From assembly GCA_036165455.1 (NCBI GenBank), contig JAYZIQ010000035.1, positions 1 through 33,306 on the forward strand: DNA of 33,306 nucleotides, given 5' to 3'. The notes beneath the pieces are model-generated. The model saw nothing but the letters and a program-made list of their open reading frames with translations. It was not told the origin of the DNA and made no database searches. The position numbers and the translations under genes are program-made. The DNA comes from Chloroflexota bacterium (lineage in GTDB: Bacteria > Chloroflexota > Dehalococcoidia > Lucifugimonadales > Lucifugimonadaceae). Position 1 is the stretch's first letter, and the number at the start of each line of letters is the position of its first letter. This document shows positions 19,101 through 29,300 of the stretch, piece by piece.

Positions 19101-19490
19101 ATGTATAAAATTAATCATATACACCTTAAAAGCAATGACCCCCAAACTGATGCTAATTGGTTTGTGAAAGCATTTAATTTTAAGATAACAAGCGATGAAG
19201 TTCGTGCAGTTGGAGATCGATTTATTTCGTGTGAAAGTGAAGATGGGTTGCGTGTAAATATTTCTGGTGAAAGGACAAATGAAAAGTTAGGGCCTAGCGA
19301 TGCTGATCCACATTATGGACTTGAGCATTTTGGATTTGATTCTTCCGATATCAATGCTGATATATCTAGATTAGAAGGTATGGGGGCAGTATTAGCTGAA
19401 GGTCCTATTGATATGCCAAACGGAATGCAAATAGCTTTTGTTAAAACTCCTGGAAATGTAAGACTTGAGCTAATTCAGTGGCCAGACTAA
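19101..19490 (+). CDS. Glyoxalase/bleomycin-resistance/dioxygenase (VOC) family protein
   Basis: 129 aa with a GAGAGGA SD. INHIHLKSNDP...GLEHFGF...FVKTPGNVRLELIQ is a typical VOC pattern. Confidence 0.7.
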   Translation: MYKINHIHLKSNDPQTDANWFVKAFNFKITSDEVRAVGDRFISCESEDGLRVNISGERTNEKLGPSDADPHYGLEHFGFDSSDINADISRLEGMGAVLAEGPIDMPNGMQIAFVKTPGNVRLELIQWPD

Positions 19491-19492
19491 AG

Positions 19493-20476
19493 TTAGTTTA
19501 TTGCTTGCAATAAAGCATTAATATAACCATAACAGTAAGCAAAGGCAGTCATTTTTGGATCTTTTGCATTAATTTGAGGGACATGATCAGGCATTAACAT
19601 GTAAGGGTAGTTTACTTCTTTGTAGACTTTAATGGCTTCATACATATTTACAGATCCTTCATCAGGAAAAACTTCCGTAAAATTTAATTTATTGCCTCTA
19701 ATATTTCTAAAATGAACATTAAAAATTTTATTTCTTTCTCCAAAATATCTAATAACATCAAAGATTTCTTCTCCTGGATTTTCCATCATTTCAGTTATAG
19801 TGCCTTGGCAAAAATTTAAACCATGAAAGTCACTTTCTTTAATTGAAATAAATTTTTTTAGCCCTTGAACGGTGCCTAAAACTCTTGTTACGCCTTTAAA
19901 GCCTGGAGGTGTATATGGATCATGAGGATGACAAGCCAATCTAACCTTATTTTCTTCAGCTACAGGTACAACTTTATCTAAAAAATATTCTATCCTTTCC
20001 CAAAAAATATCTTCCGATACCTTCCCGGCAATTGTATCTGGCGAATCTTTGTCAGCATTATCCCATTTGAATGTTGAAAGTTTAGCGCCTCCTCTACCAA
20101 ATTCGCTATCAGTCCTTGGTATTCCAATAATATTCAAGTTATATTTTACAGCTGGTATTTCTGCATCTGAGCACATCTGAATTATTTCGCATATTCGATC
20201 AATTTCAATATCTCGTTCGGGGCTTTTTCCTGTTAGAATGTTATAAAATTCTCCACTTTTTACTCTTGTATCTAAATCTGCAGAACTCAAAGGAAGCTGA
20301 ACCATATCTAATTTAAGCCCATAAGACTCCACTTTTTCTTTATATTTTGTAAGATTTGAAGAGGTCCAATTTTGATGAGCTATCTCAGGAAAACCATTTA
20401 TGTGATTTACTCCAAGTTGTTTGAAGGTTTCGTAATCTGCATCAGTCCTTGCTCCAAATTGAGTGCCTAAATACAT
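19493..20476 (-). CDS. Mannonate-dehydratase (UxuA) family / TIM-barrel sugar-acid dehydratase, short form
   Basis: FLDKVVPVAEENKVRLACHPHDPY, GLNFCQGT, DVIRYFGERNKIFNVHFRNI, GSVNMYEAIKVY and MLMPDHVPQ are colinear with E. coli UxuA blocks as I recall them. It is 327 aa against 394 aa in E. coli. Confidence 0.7.
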   Translation of the reverse strand: MYLGTQFGARTDADYETFKQLGVNHINGFPEIAHQNWTSSNLTKYKEKVESYGLKLDMVQLPLSSADLDTRVKSGEFYNILTGKSPERDIEIDRICEIIQMCSDAEIPAVKYNLNIIGIPRTDSEFGRGGAKLSTFKWDNADKDSPDTIAGKVSEDIFWERIEYFLDKVVPVAEENKVRLACHPHDPYTPPGFKGVTRVLGTVQGLKKFISIKESDFHGLNFCQGTITEMMENPGEEIFDVIRYFGERNKIFNVHFRNIRGNKLNFTEVFPDEGSVNMYEAIKVYKEVNYPYMLMPDHVPQINAKDPKMTAFAYCYGYINALLQAIN

Positions 20477-21933
20477 TATGCAGACCTTTCAACATAAATG
20501 GTCTTTGATTGAGTAAAAAATTCTATGGCTGCCTTTCCCTGTTCTCTTGCGCCAGAAGAAGACTCTTTCATTCCTCCAAACGGAACCTGAGGTTCTAAGC
20601 CTGCAGTTTCTCCATTTATTTTTACAATTCCAGCATTAATATTATTGGCAAATTCCATTGCTAAATTTAGATTAGATGTAAAAATTCCTGCACTTAAACC
20701 ATATGATGTTTGGTTAGCTATTTTAATTGCATCTTCGTAGCTTTGAGTGTTTATAAGTGCCAAAACAGGCCCAAAAATTTCTTCAGTGGCTATCATAGAA
20801 TTAGGATCAACGTCACTGAATAAGGTTGGTTCAACAAAGTTCCCATTTTTAAAATCCCCGCCATTCAATATGTTTCCTCCAAATATTAGGTTACATCCTT
20901 CTGATTTAGCTTGATCAATTTTTTGACCAATATTTGATAAAGATTTTTTATCAATTACAGGAACCACTATATTGCCAGGATCCATCCCATCCCCCACCTT
21001 CATTGCCTCAATTTTACTTGTTAATATTTTTGTGAATTCATCTTTTACCTGCTCACTAATAATCGCTCTTGATGTTGCAGTACATTTTTGACCAGAATAT
21101 TTCATTGCGCCAGAAAGAGTTGTTTCCGCAGCTTGTTCAAGATTTGCATCAGGCATTACTATTACAGGATTTTTGCCGCCCATTTCAAGTTGATATTTCA
21201 TTCCATTTTTAGCACATTTAACAGCAACACTTTGACCAACATATGTTGATCCAGTAAAGCTAAGAGCGTTTGTATAAGGGTGGTCAATTATAGAGTCACC
21301 TAATTCTGATCCGGAGCCTGTTACTAAGTTATATACACCTTCTGGTAACCCGACAGCTTCCCACATAGCAGCAATCATTGATCCCAATAAAGGAGTAGAA
21401 GATGCAGGCTTATGAACAATTGTATTTCCAAAAACTATAGCCGGAGCCATTTTCCAAATAGGGATAGCTAATGGAAAATTCCAAGGTGTGATAAGACCTA
21501 CAACACCCAGTGGCACCCTTGTCGTATATAAAAGAATATTTGCGTTAACAGATGGAACAACATTTCCTACAGGGTCAGAGCCTTGGGCAGCATAATATCT
21601 TAAAAGAGCCACAGACCTCCCCACTTCTCCTTGAGCTTCTGCTATAGATTTGCCACATTCTTTAGTTATAGCTTCTGCGTATCTTTCTGAATTTTCTTCA
21701 AGCCATGATGATGCCTTATAAAGAAAATCACCCCTTTGTATTTGAGACATTTTACTCCAAGAACTGAAGCTATCATATGCGCTGTTAATTGCCAGATTCG
21801 CATCTTGTGTGCCTGAACTAGCAAATTTGCCAAGCACTTCTGTTTCGTCGGCAGGATTAGTGCTTTCGAAATACTTTTCAGTTATTGGGTCAACCCATTT
21901 GTTGTTTATAAAATTTTTGAACTGCTCAGACAT
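20476..21933 (-). CDS. NAD(P)-dependent aldehyde dehydrogenase
   Basis: 485 aa. Glu-site motif LEMGGKNP, catalytic Cys context GQKCTATSR, EEIFGPV and TGSTYVG. Its stop overlaps the downstream start in a TAATG junction. Confidence 0.9.
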   Translation of the reverse strand: MSEQFKNFINNKWVDPITEKYFESTNPADETEVLGKFASSGTQDANLAINSAYDSFSSWSKMSQIQRGDFLYKASSWLEENSERYAEAITKECGKSIAEAQGEVGRSVALLRYYAAQGSDPVGNVVPSVNANILLYTTRVPLGVVGLITPWNFPLAIPIWKMAPAIVFGNTIVHKPASSTPLLGSMIAAMWEAVGLPEGVYNLVTGSGSELGDSIIDHPYTNALSFTGSTYVGQSVAVKCAKNGMKYQLEMGGKNPVIVMPDANLEQAAETTLSGAMKYSGQKCTATSRAIISEQVKDEFTKILTSKIEAMKVGDGMDPGNIVVPVIDKKSLSNIGQKIDQAKSEGCNLIFGGNILNGGDFKNGNFVEPTLFSDVDPNSMIATEEIFGPVLALINTQSYEDAIKIANQTSYGLSAGIFTSNLNLAMEFANNINAGIVKINGETAGLEPQVPFGGMKESSSGAREQGKAAIEFFTQSKTIYVERSA

Positions 21934-21934
21934 A

Positions 21935-22522
21935 TTAATTCCAGATTGTTTTCTTTAAGTGGTTTGTTCTTGATTTTTTTATAATAACAGATTTTTTTTC
22001 TATGTAACCCATATATAAACATCCTGCAATTATTGATGAATTAGGCGCCTCTATTATTTTTTTTATACTTTTTACTTTTATTGGTTTTCCTGTAGACCAG
22101 CCTATCCCTATCCCTAATGACCATGCATATAATGACATGTTTTGAATTGCAATGCTGGTTGAAGAGTAATTTTCTAATGTTTCATCTTCATTTTTACCTG
22201 AAGATGAGGAAACGTAAATAATTAGTGGACATGATTCAAATTCAATCCTAGCTTTATCTGCAATTTTTTGAACTGTTTCAGGGTTGTTATTATTAGAATT
22301 TTCTTTTATATAATTTTCAATCTTTTTTGCAATTAATAACCTTTTTTCAGAATTTTTTTGTATAACTGTGAATTTCCATGGCTCAGTCATTCTGTGATTA
22401 GGAGCCCATATTCCCATCTCAATAATTTTTGAAGCAACCTTTTTTGAGACTTTTTTATTGCTAAATGTTCTTACGTTTCTTCTTTCTTTTATTATCTTTT
22501 CTATAATTTCATTATTTTTCAT
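21935..22522 (-). CDS. Nitroreductase family protein
   Basis: 195 aa. The N-terminal RRNVRTFSNKKVS...II..G.WAPNH..TEPWKF pattern is typical of the NADH/FMN nitroreductase fold. Confidence 0.72.
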   Translation of the reverse strand: MKNNEIIEKIIKERRNVRTFSNKKVSKKVASKIIEMGIWAPNHRMTEPWKFTVIQKNSEKRLLIAKKIENYIKENSNNNNPETVQKIADKARIEFESCPLIIYVSSSSGKNEDETLENYSSTSIAIQNMSLYAWSLGIGIGWSTGKPIKVKSIKKIIEAPNSSIIAGCLYMGYIEKKSVIIKKSRTNHLKKTIWN

Positions 22523-22585
22523 GCCAACAACCCCTTTTTTTAATTAATGAAGTATATAATTACCCATATACTCTAAAAGGATGCA

Positions 22586-24238
22586 ATGAAACATAATTTA
22601 CCACATGGCGATAATTACGGCTCAATTAATACTAATATGGTTGGGTTTAATGCAGCTGTTGTAACTAATCACTGGATGGCTTCTTCTGTAGGTAGAGATA
22701 TTTTAATGAAAGGAGGAAACGCATTTGATGCGGCTTGCGGAATAAGTTTTATGCTAGGGGTGGTTGAGCCACAAATGTCTGGGATAGGAGGTGATGGCTT
22801 TATCATGATGTACGACTCAAAGAAAGATAAAGTTAGTGTAATTAATGCTACAGGCCCAGCCCCAGAATTTTCATATAAAGTTAGTGACAAAATACCTATA
22901 AAAGGAATTAGTTCAGCATCAGTTCCTGGCTTAGTAAGTGGAGTTTTAAAGATGCATAAATTAAAAGGTTCTTTGAGTCTTCAGGAGTGCCTTGCTCCAG
23001 CAATTGATGCTGCATCTAATGGTGTTGCTTTGAGTCAAGATCAGTCAACATCACTAACATCCGACTCAAAAGCCGAAAATTTTCAAAGCTCTTTGAAGAT
23101 TTGGGGAGACAAGAAAAAAGGTTTAAAAAATTTTGGAGACAGAGTAATTAATAAAGATTTGGCCGAAACATTAAAATTAATTTCTATTGAAGGAGAAGAT
23201 GTTTTTTACAGAGGCAAAATTGCCGACAAAATTGTAAAAATTTCAAACGAAAATGATGGATTATTTTCAATAAATGATTTCAACAAATTTGAATCAGAAA
23301 TTCAAGACCCTATTAGCACTTCATATAGAGGCTATGATGTCTATGAGGCGCCACCTAATTCTAGCGGAATAACATTACTTCAACAATTGAACATCATTGA
23401 AAATTTTTCTCAAAAGGATTTGAGTCCATTCTCAAAATCTGCAATGCATCTAATGGTTGAGGCAAAGAGATTGGCCTTTTATGACAGAGAAAGGTATTTA
23501 GCTGACCCCAAATTTTTTGATGTGCCAGTTGATTTAATGCTTGATAAAAACTACGCCAAAGAATTATCAAATAAAATAAATATTAATGGGCCTAGAATAG
23601 GCAATAAAGAGCTGGAGATAAACTATAAACCCGACCGAGTAGGAGACACCACTTATTTTTGTGTTGTTGATAAAGATGGCAATTCTGTGTCACAACTACA
23701 AAGTATTCAAACTCAATGGGGGTCAGGGATGGTTATTGATGGAACAGGAATTTTAATGAACAACAGAATGTCATATTGGCACCTTGATAAAAATCATATT
23801 AATTATTTAATTCCAGGAAAAAGAGTAAGGCACACCATGAACCCAGTAATGGTTTTTAAATCAAATGGTTCTGAGAATAAATTATGTCTCGTTAATGGTA
23901 CGCCTGGAGCTGACACACAAGTACAAACAAATATGCAGGTATTGTCCTCAATTATTGATCATAATTTCTTAGTTGGGGAGGCAGTAAGCATGCCAAGATG
24001 GACTCATTACCAAAATCTTACAGAATCCACTATCCCTCATTCAACCTCAGAATTTATAAGTTTGGAAAGTAGATTTGGCGATGAGATAGTTAAAAATATT
24101 GAAAGAATGGGACATAAGATTAATATTGTTGGCCCTTGGGAGGGAAGTGGAAGCGAAGGAATGATAAGTATTTCAGAAAGTGGATTGATTGGTGCTGCGG
24201 TCGATCCAAGAAGAGATGGGCAAGCTTTGGTATGGTGA
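22586..24238 (+). CDS. ggt: Gamma-glutamyltranspeptidase family protein (no obvious signal peptide)
   Basis: GGNAFDAA, SGIGGDGF, the autoprocessing/nucleophile context GDTTYFCVVDKDGN, and a C-terminal GAAVDPRRDGQALVW ending at TGA. Confidence 0.9.
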   Translation: MKHNLPHGDNYGSINTNMVGFNAAVVTNHWMASSVGRDILMKGGNAFDAACGISFMLGVVEPQMSGIGGDGFIMMYDSKKDKVSVINATGPAPEFSYKVSDKIPIKGISSASVPGLVSGVLKMHKLKGSLSLQECLAPAIDAASNGVALSQDQSTSLTSDSKAENFQSSLKIWGDKKKGLKNFGDRVINKDLAETLKLISIEGEDVFYRGKIADKIVKISNENDGLFSINDFNKFESEIQDPISTSYRGYDVYEAPPNSSGITLLQQLNIIENFSQKDLSPFSKSAMHLMVEAKRLAFYDRERYLADPKFFDVPVDLMLDKNYAKELSNKININGPRIGNKELEINYKPDRVGDTTYFCVVDKDGNSVSQLQSIQTQWGSGMVIDGTGILMNNRMSYWHLDKNHINYLIPGKRVRHTMNPVMVFKSNGSENKLCLVNGTPGADTQVQTNMQVLSSIIDHNFLVGEAVSMPRWTHYQNLTESTIPHSTSEFISLESRFGDEIVKNIERMGHKINIVGPWEGSGSEGMISISESGLIGAAVDPRRDGQALVW

Positions 24239-25146
24239 GATTGTTTTTAACATTGTTATTATTTTTTGCTCTATTTGCTTTTGGTTGTGGACCTAGTCAA
24301 GACGAAATTGAAGATACAATTGACAGCAAATTTCAAAATCTTATGGCAGCTGTTCCCACAGCAACTCCTATAACAATGCCAACTCCTGTTCCCACAGCAA
24401 CGCCTATAACAATTATTGAATTAGAAGAAGATTTAAGAAACTTATTAGATGAGCCATATGCAACTCCTCAGCCAAATCTTTTAAATATTAATACCTTCTA
24501 TGATAAATATAGAAAGTCAGTAGTTTTAATTGAACACGGAGGAACTTCAGGTACCGGATGGGCTATTGATAAAGATTACATTGTGACCAATGAACATGTT
24601 ATTACTGATGCTAATTCTGTAGATATATTTGTCCCCTCAAGTGATGGGCAAACGGTTAAAAAAATAGGATGGGTTAGATCTTGGAATGAAAACTCTGATC
24701 TTGCATTTATTAAGTCAGAGAACCATGGGGCTGTTCCATTAACAAGGAGGCAACTGACTTCTCAAGATGCTGGAATTTCTGTGGTGCAGATAGGGTATTC
24801 TACAGGAGTCGCTAATTATCCTGCAGTTAGAGAAGGAATAGTGGTATCTGCTTTTAATCAGATGGGAACTGCAGCTCAATATAGCTCAGCTCCAAAGTAT
24901 CAAATTTTAAATGACAAAAATTATAGCAATGACCTTTTTCCCGTAGTGGTAGTAGACACAGGTGCTGATCCAGGGGATAGCGGTGGACCAATAATTGATT
25001 ACGAAGGAAATGTAGTGGGGGTAATATATGCGCAAGTGCAGACTATTGGAGGAAAAAGAGTGATAGGCCAGCAACTGGCAGTTGGAATGAAGGAAGTTAA
25101 TGATTATTGGAAAATTTGTAATGGTCCAGGCGGATCATGTAATTAG
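24232..25146 (+). CDS. Secreted (possibly lipoprotein) trypsin-like serine protease, S1 family
   Basis: ATG 24232 overlaps the ggt stop (ATGGTGA). Signal peptide MVRLFLTLLLFFALFAFGC, a Thr/Pro-rich repeat linker, and the triad contexts TNEHVI, NSDLAFIK and GDSGGP. Confidence 0.8.
   Translation: MVRLFLTLLLFFALFAFGCGPSQDEIEDTIDSKFQNLMAAVPTATPITMPTPVPTATPITIIELEEDLRNLLDEPYATPQPNLLNINTFYDKYRKSVVLIEHGGTSGTGWAIDKDYIVTNEHVITDANSVDIFVPSSDGQTVKKIGWVRSWNENSDLAFIKSENHGAVPLTRRQLTSQDAGISVVQIGYSTGVANYPAVREGIVVSAFNQMGTAAQYSSAPKYQILNDKNYSNDLFPVVVVDTGADPGDSGGPIIDYEGNVVGVIYAQVQTIGGKRVIGQQLAVGMKEVNDYWKICNGPGGSCN
24352..24413. repeat. 36-bp-period direct repeat in the protease linker (VPTATPIT twice)
   Basis: gttcccacagcaac(t/g)cctataacaat occurs at 24352-24377 and 24388-24413, with one mismatch. 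Confidence 0.85.
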
Positions 25147-25180
25147 GCTTTTTTTACTAAAGATCGTATAAAATAGTTTT

Positions 25181-26377
25181 ATGGATAATAAAAATAGAGA
25201 GAAAAATCACCTCACAAAATCTTTTGGAAAATTTGGGGGAAGTTATGTACCTGAAACCCTTATACCTGCTTTAGATGAATTAGAAGAATCTTTTACTAAA
25301 TACATAGTTGATGAAGAATTTAATACAGAACTAAAACTCCTTCAGTCAGACTATGTTGGCAGGCCTACACCTTTATACTTCGCAGAAAACTTAACGAATC
25401 ATTTTGGCGGTGCAAAAATTTATTTGAAGAGAGAAGACTTAGCTCATACTGGAGCTCATAAAATTAATAATGCACTTGGTCAAGGCTTGATAGCAAAGAG
25501 ACTAGGAAAAAAAAGAATAATTGCTGAAACTGGTGCAGGCCAACATGGCGTCGCTACAGCTACTGCATGCGCATTGCTAGATTTAGATTGTTTTATTTAC
25601 ATGGGCGAAGAAGATATAAAAAGACAAGCGCCTAATGTATATAGAATAGAGCTTCTCGGGGCTGAAGTTATCCCAGTAACATCGGGCAGCAGGACCTTAA
25701 AAGATGCCGTAAACGAAGCTATAAGAGATTGGGTTACAAATGTAGAAAATACTTTATATATTATTGGAAGTGCAGTTGGGCCACACCCGTACCCATCAAT
25801 AGTAAAATATTTTCAAAAAATTATTGGCGAAGAGACTAGATCTCAAATGATTAATCAGTTCGGAGGCCTGCCAGACTATGTCATGGCTTGTGTTGGAGGA
25901 GGAAGCAATGCTATAGGAATTTTTTCTCCTTTTGTTCAAGATGACTCGGTTAAGCTTATTGGTGTAGAGGCAGCTGGAAATGGTGTAAGTTCAGGGAAGC
26001 ATGCCGCCACAATGTCTGAGGGGTCTCCTGGAGTTTTGCATGGTTCTTATTCTTATTTATTACAAGATGAAAAAGGGCAAGTTAATGAGGCTCACTCTAT
26101 TTCTGCAGGACTAGATTATCCTGGTGTTGGCCCAGAGCATAGTCATCTGAAAGATACTGGCAGGGCAGAATATTTTTCTGCCACAGATAAGGAGGCACTG
26201 GATGGATTTGATTTACTCAGTGTCACTGAAGGCATAATTCCTGCACTTGAGCCAGCTCATGCGGTTGGTTTTTTAGATAAGTTCATGAAAAAGACTAATA
26301 AAAATGAAAAATTAGTATTATTGGTTAGCGGAAGAGGAGATAAAGATTTGGACACAGTAATAAAAGCCAGAAATTAA
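25181..26377 (+). CDS. trpB: Tryptophan synthase beta chain (TrpB1 type)
   Basis: [10 protein letters not shown], the PLP-lysine motif [19 protein letters not shown] and GGGSNAIG. 398 aa. Confidence 0.95.
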   Translation: MDNKNREKNHLTKSFGKFGGSYVPETLIPALDELEESFTKYIVDEEFNTELKLLQSDYVGRPTPLYFAENLTNHFGGAKIYLKREDLAHTGAHKINNALGQGLIAKRLGKKRIIAETGAGQHGVATATACALLDLDCFIYMGEEDIKRQAPNVYRIELLGAEVIPVTSGSRTLKDAVNEAIRDWVTNVENTLYIIGSAVGPHPYPSIVKYFQKIIGEETRSQMINQFGGLPDYVMACVGGGSNAIGIFSPFVQDDSVKLIGVEAAGNGVSSGKHAATMSEGSPGVLHGSYSYLLQDEKGQVNEAHSISAGLDYPGVGPEHSHLKDTGRAEYFSATDKEALDGFDLLSVTEGIIPALEPAHAVGFLDKFMKKTNKNEKLVLLVSGRGDKDLDTVIKARN

Positions 26378-26394
26378 TAAGATTTTATTAAATC

Positions 26395-29300
26395 ATGTTT
26401 AAGTATATTTTTTATAGAGCAAAAAGTCAGTGGAAAATTTTATCATTGCTTTGGCTATCATTTTTAATAGCAAATACATTTATAATTTCTGGGCCTTCTT
26501 ACTTAGATTGGGTTAAGGGGATGATTTATAAAGATGCATTAAATCAGGTTCCTGTAACCACAAAAAATATAAGCATTACCACAGGAAATCAGCCTTTAAT
26601 TAAAGATTCATTTGAAGAAAATAATTCGATAATTATAAATCTTGCCAGCTCAGACTTAGGTGACTTATTTATTAATCAGAGTTCTGTCCTTCAATCCACA
26701 GAATATTATTGGGGCAAGATTGAGCCAGATAAAAGCAGAACCGCCTCATTATTAACTTTTGTTGCGTTGAGCAATAAGGATAAATTCATAAATTCTGTAA
26801 ATGAAAATAGTATTGAAGAAAATTATATTAATGTTATGGCTCCAAAAAAAAGATTAGATGACCTTGGATTGAAGGTTGGAGATATATTAAGGGCAGATTC
26901 AATAAAGGGTTCAAGTGGAAATATTGATAGCGGATTAAAAGAAACAAAGGAAAATATCAAAAATTTTATTGTTCAAATTGAGGCTGCGGGCGGATCAGCT
27001 GAAGATATATTTGTGGACTCAGAAAATCCAACAATTGGCAATATAGACATTAACGAATTAAAGCAAGGCCTATCTACTTTTGGGGTTGAAAATTTAGAAG
27101 AATTGAATCAATTTTTAAATGAAGATTTGAGCGAGACATTAACCTCAGATTTAGAATTAAGAGTGTCAGGATATTTTGATGATATTCCTAATAATGAATT
27201 ATTTGGTTATTATGATGAACTCTTTTTGCCTCCTTCTCCTTGCATGACTTGTCAGCTTCCATTAGTGCTTGTTATGAACCAAGATGATTACTTTAATTTT
27301 CTACAACCTTTAACGAAAGGGTTGCCAGTTAGAGCTTGGTGGTATCTTGATATAGCTCATGAAAAGCTTACTGAAAATATTGATAAGAATTACTTACCAA
27401 ATTTACAAAACTTTGAAAAAAATATGTTAATTTCTTTCCCTCAAGCTACAGTACTTACTCAGTTGGATAGAGTTACAGAAAAAACAGATAATGAAATGAA
27501 CTTTGTTAGGGCCCCAGTACTAATGATATTCTCTCTGCTAGTAATTTTTAGTTCAACTTTACTGGCAATGTTTTCTTTTCTGATAAACCAAGAAAGAAAA
27601 GAAGAGATTAATTATTTATTCTTGAGAGGTACTTCAAAATTTGGAGTCATAAAATATTTTCTTTTTGAATGGATAATTTTTGGAATCCCTATAATGATTA
27701 TAGCGCCTATATTAAGTAATGTAGTTTTAAATTTTGTTATTTCTACATACTTAAATCAGGAACCAATAGGAACTAATTGGTTATTTATTTTTAAAATTGA
27801 ATCATTATTTATTTCAATTGTTTTTCTATTAATAGCCTGCCTATTTAGTTTTATTATTTATCTGGCTTTTAATAATCAAATTATTAATTCGAAGAGATTA
27901 TTCGTCATAGGAACTTCTGTGAAAAATAATGTGTTTACTAAATATTTCCTAGATTTGTTTATAGCGGCAGGATCAATATTAATTTTCTTTGAATTACGAA
28001 TGAGAGTGCTAAGTTCTGTTGCTGAAAATTTGATCCTTAATCAATACACTTTCTTTTTAATGTCTTTGGTCTTAATGATTTTTCTAACTATGGTGTTAAT
28101 AAGGATTTTGCCAATATTACTAAAGATTTTATCAATAATTGGCGCAGTGGCTTACACTCCACTTTACTTAAGTTCAAAAAAATTATCTAAAAACTCTAAC
28201 TGGTATTTGTGGCTTTTCTTAATTGTTGCTTTAGGCATGACCTCTTTTATTGTAATTTCAAGTATTCAAAGTTCATTAGAAAAAAGCAAGAAAGACAAAT
28301 CTTCTTTCATTACTATAAGTGATTTTAGGATTTCAGAAAGTAGCCCATTTGGCATAGAAGAGGAATATATTTCTAACTTAAAAGATCAGCAAGGAGTAAA
28401 TATTGTTGGAAGGATGAATAGAATTTCAGGAAATTCAGGAACAACTGGATCTGGCACTGATGCTCAATTGCTAGGAATTGATAAAAACTTGGTAGACATA
28501 GCATGGACAAGAGAGGATTTTTTTTATGAAGGCAAAGAACAATTATTCTCTGAATGGAAAAATAATGAGTATGACCCAGGAATATTAATTGAAGATAATG
28601 TCTCATCAATTAATATAAAAAATTACTCTGATAAAGACTTAGAGGACTCTTTCTTGTGGGTAATAGTCAAAGGTTCAGACAGTCGAATCACTGCGGTTAG
28701 TTTAGGATCTATTGAGCCAGACAAATGGACAACAAATTCAGTTAAACTAAAAAATATTAAATTTCCAGCCAGGCTAATTGGGGTTGAAGTTTATGAGCCA
28801 TCAAGTGAAGATAATTCAGTTCCATTTACACTTTATTTAGAGTCAATATCATTCTTAGACAATAATTCTAATATTGTTAACCAAACTTCATTTAAAGATA
28901 ATTTTAATTGGTCCCCTATGCCTACCTCTGAAGGATTTGATACCAATATTGAAATAGGAGATGAAAGTTTAATTATTAAATTAGGTAATGGCTCAACCAA
29001 AGGCATAAGAGGAATTTATGTAAGTGATTATTCAGAAGGAATTCCAATAATTGCAAGTGACCAATTTATTGCAAATTCAGGTAAAAATATTGGTGATCAA
29101 GTAATTTTTTATGCTGCGGGAAGCTACATTCCCATGAAAATTAGCAAATCTGCTAAATACTTTCCTGGAACCTCTGATGATAACAATTTTATTTTGGTAG
29201 ATTTAAAAGTACTAAAGAATTATCTTGAATTAACAAAGTTACAGAGTTTTAGGCCTAATGAATTAGTAGTAGATGTTCAGGATGGATATCAAGAAAAAGT

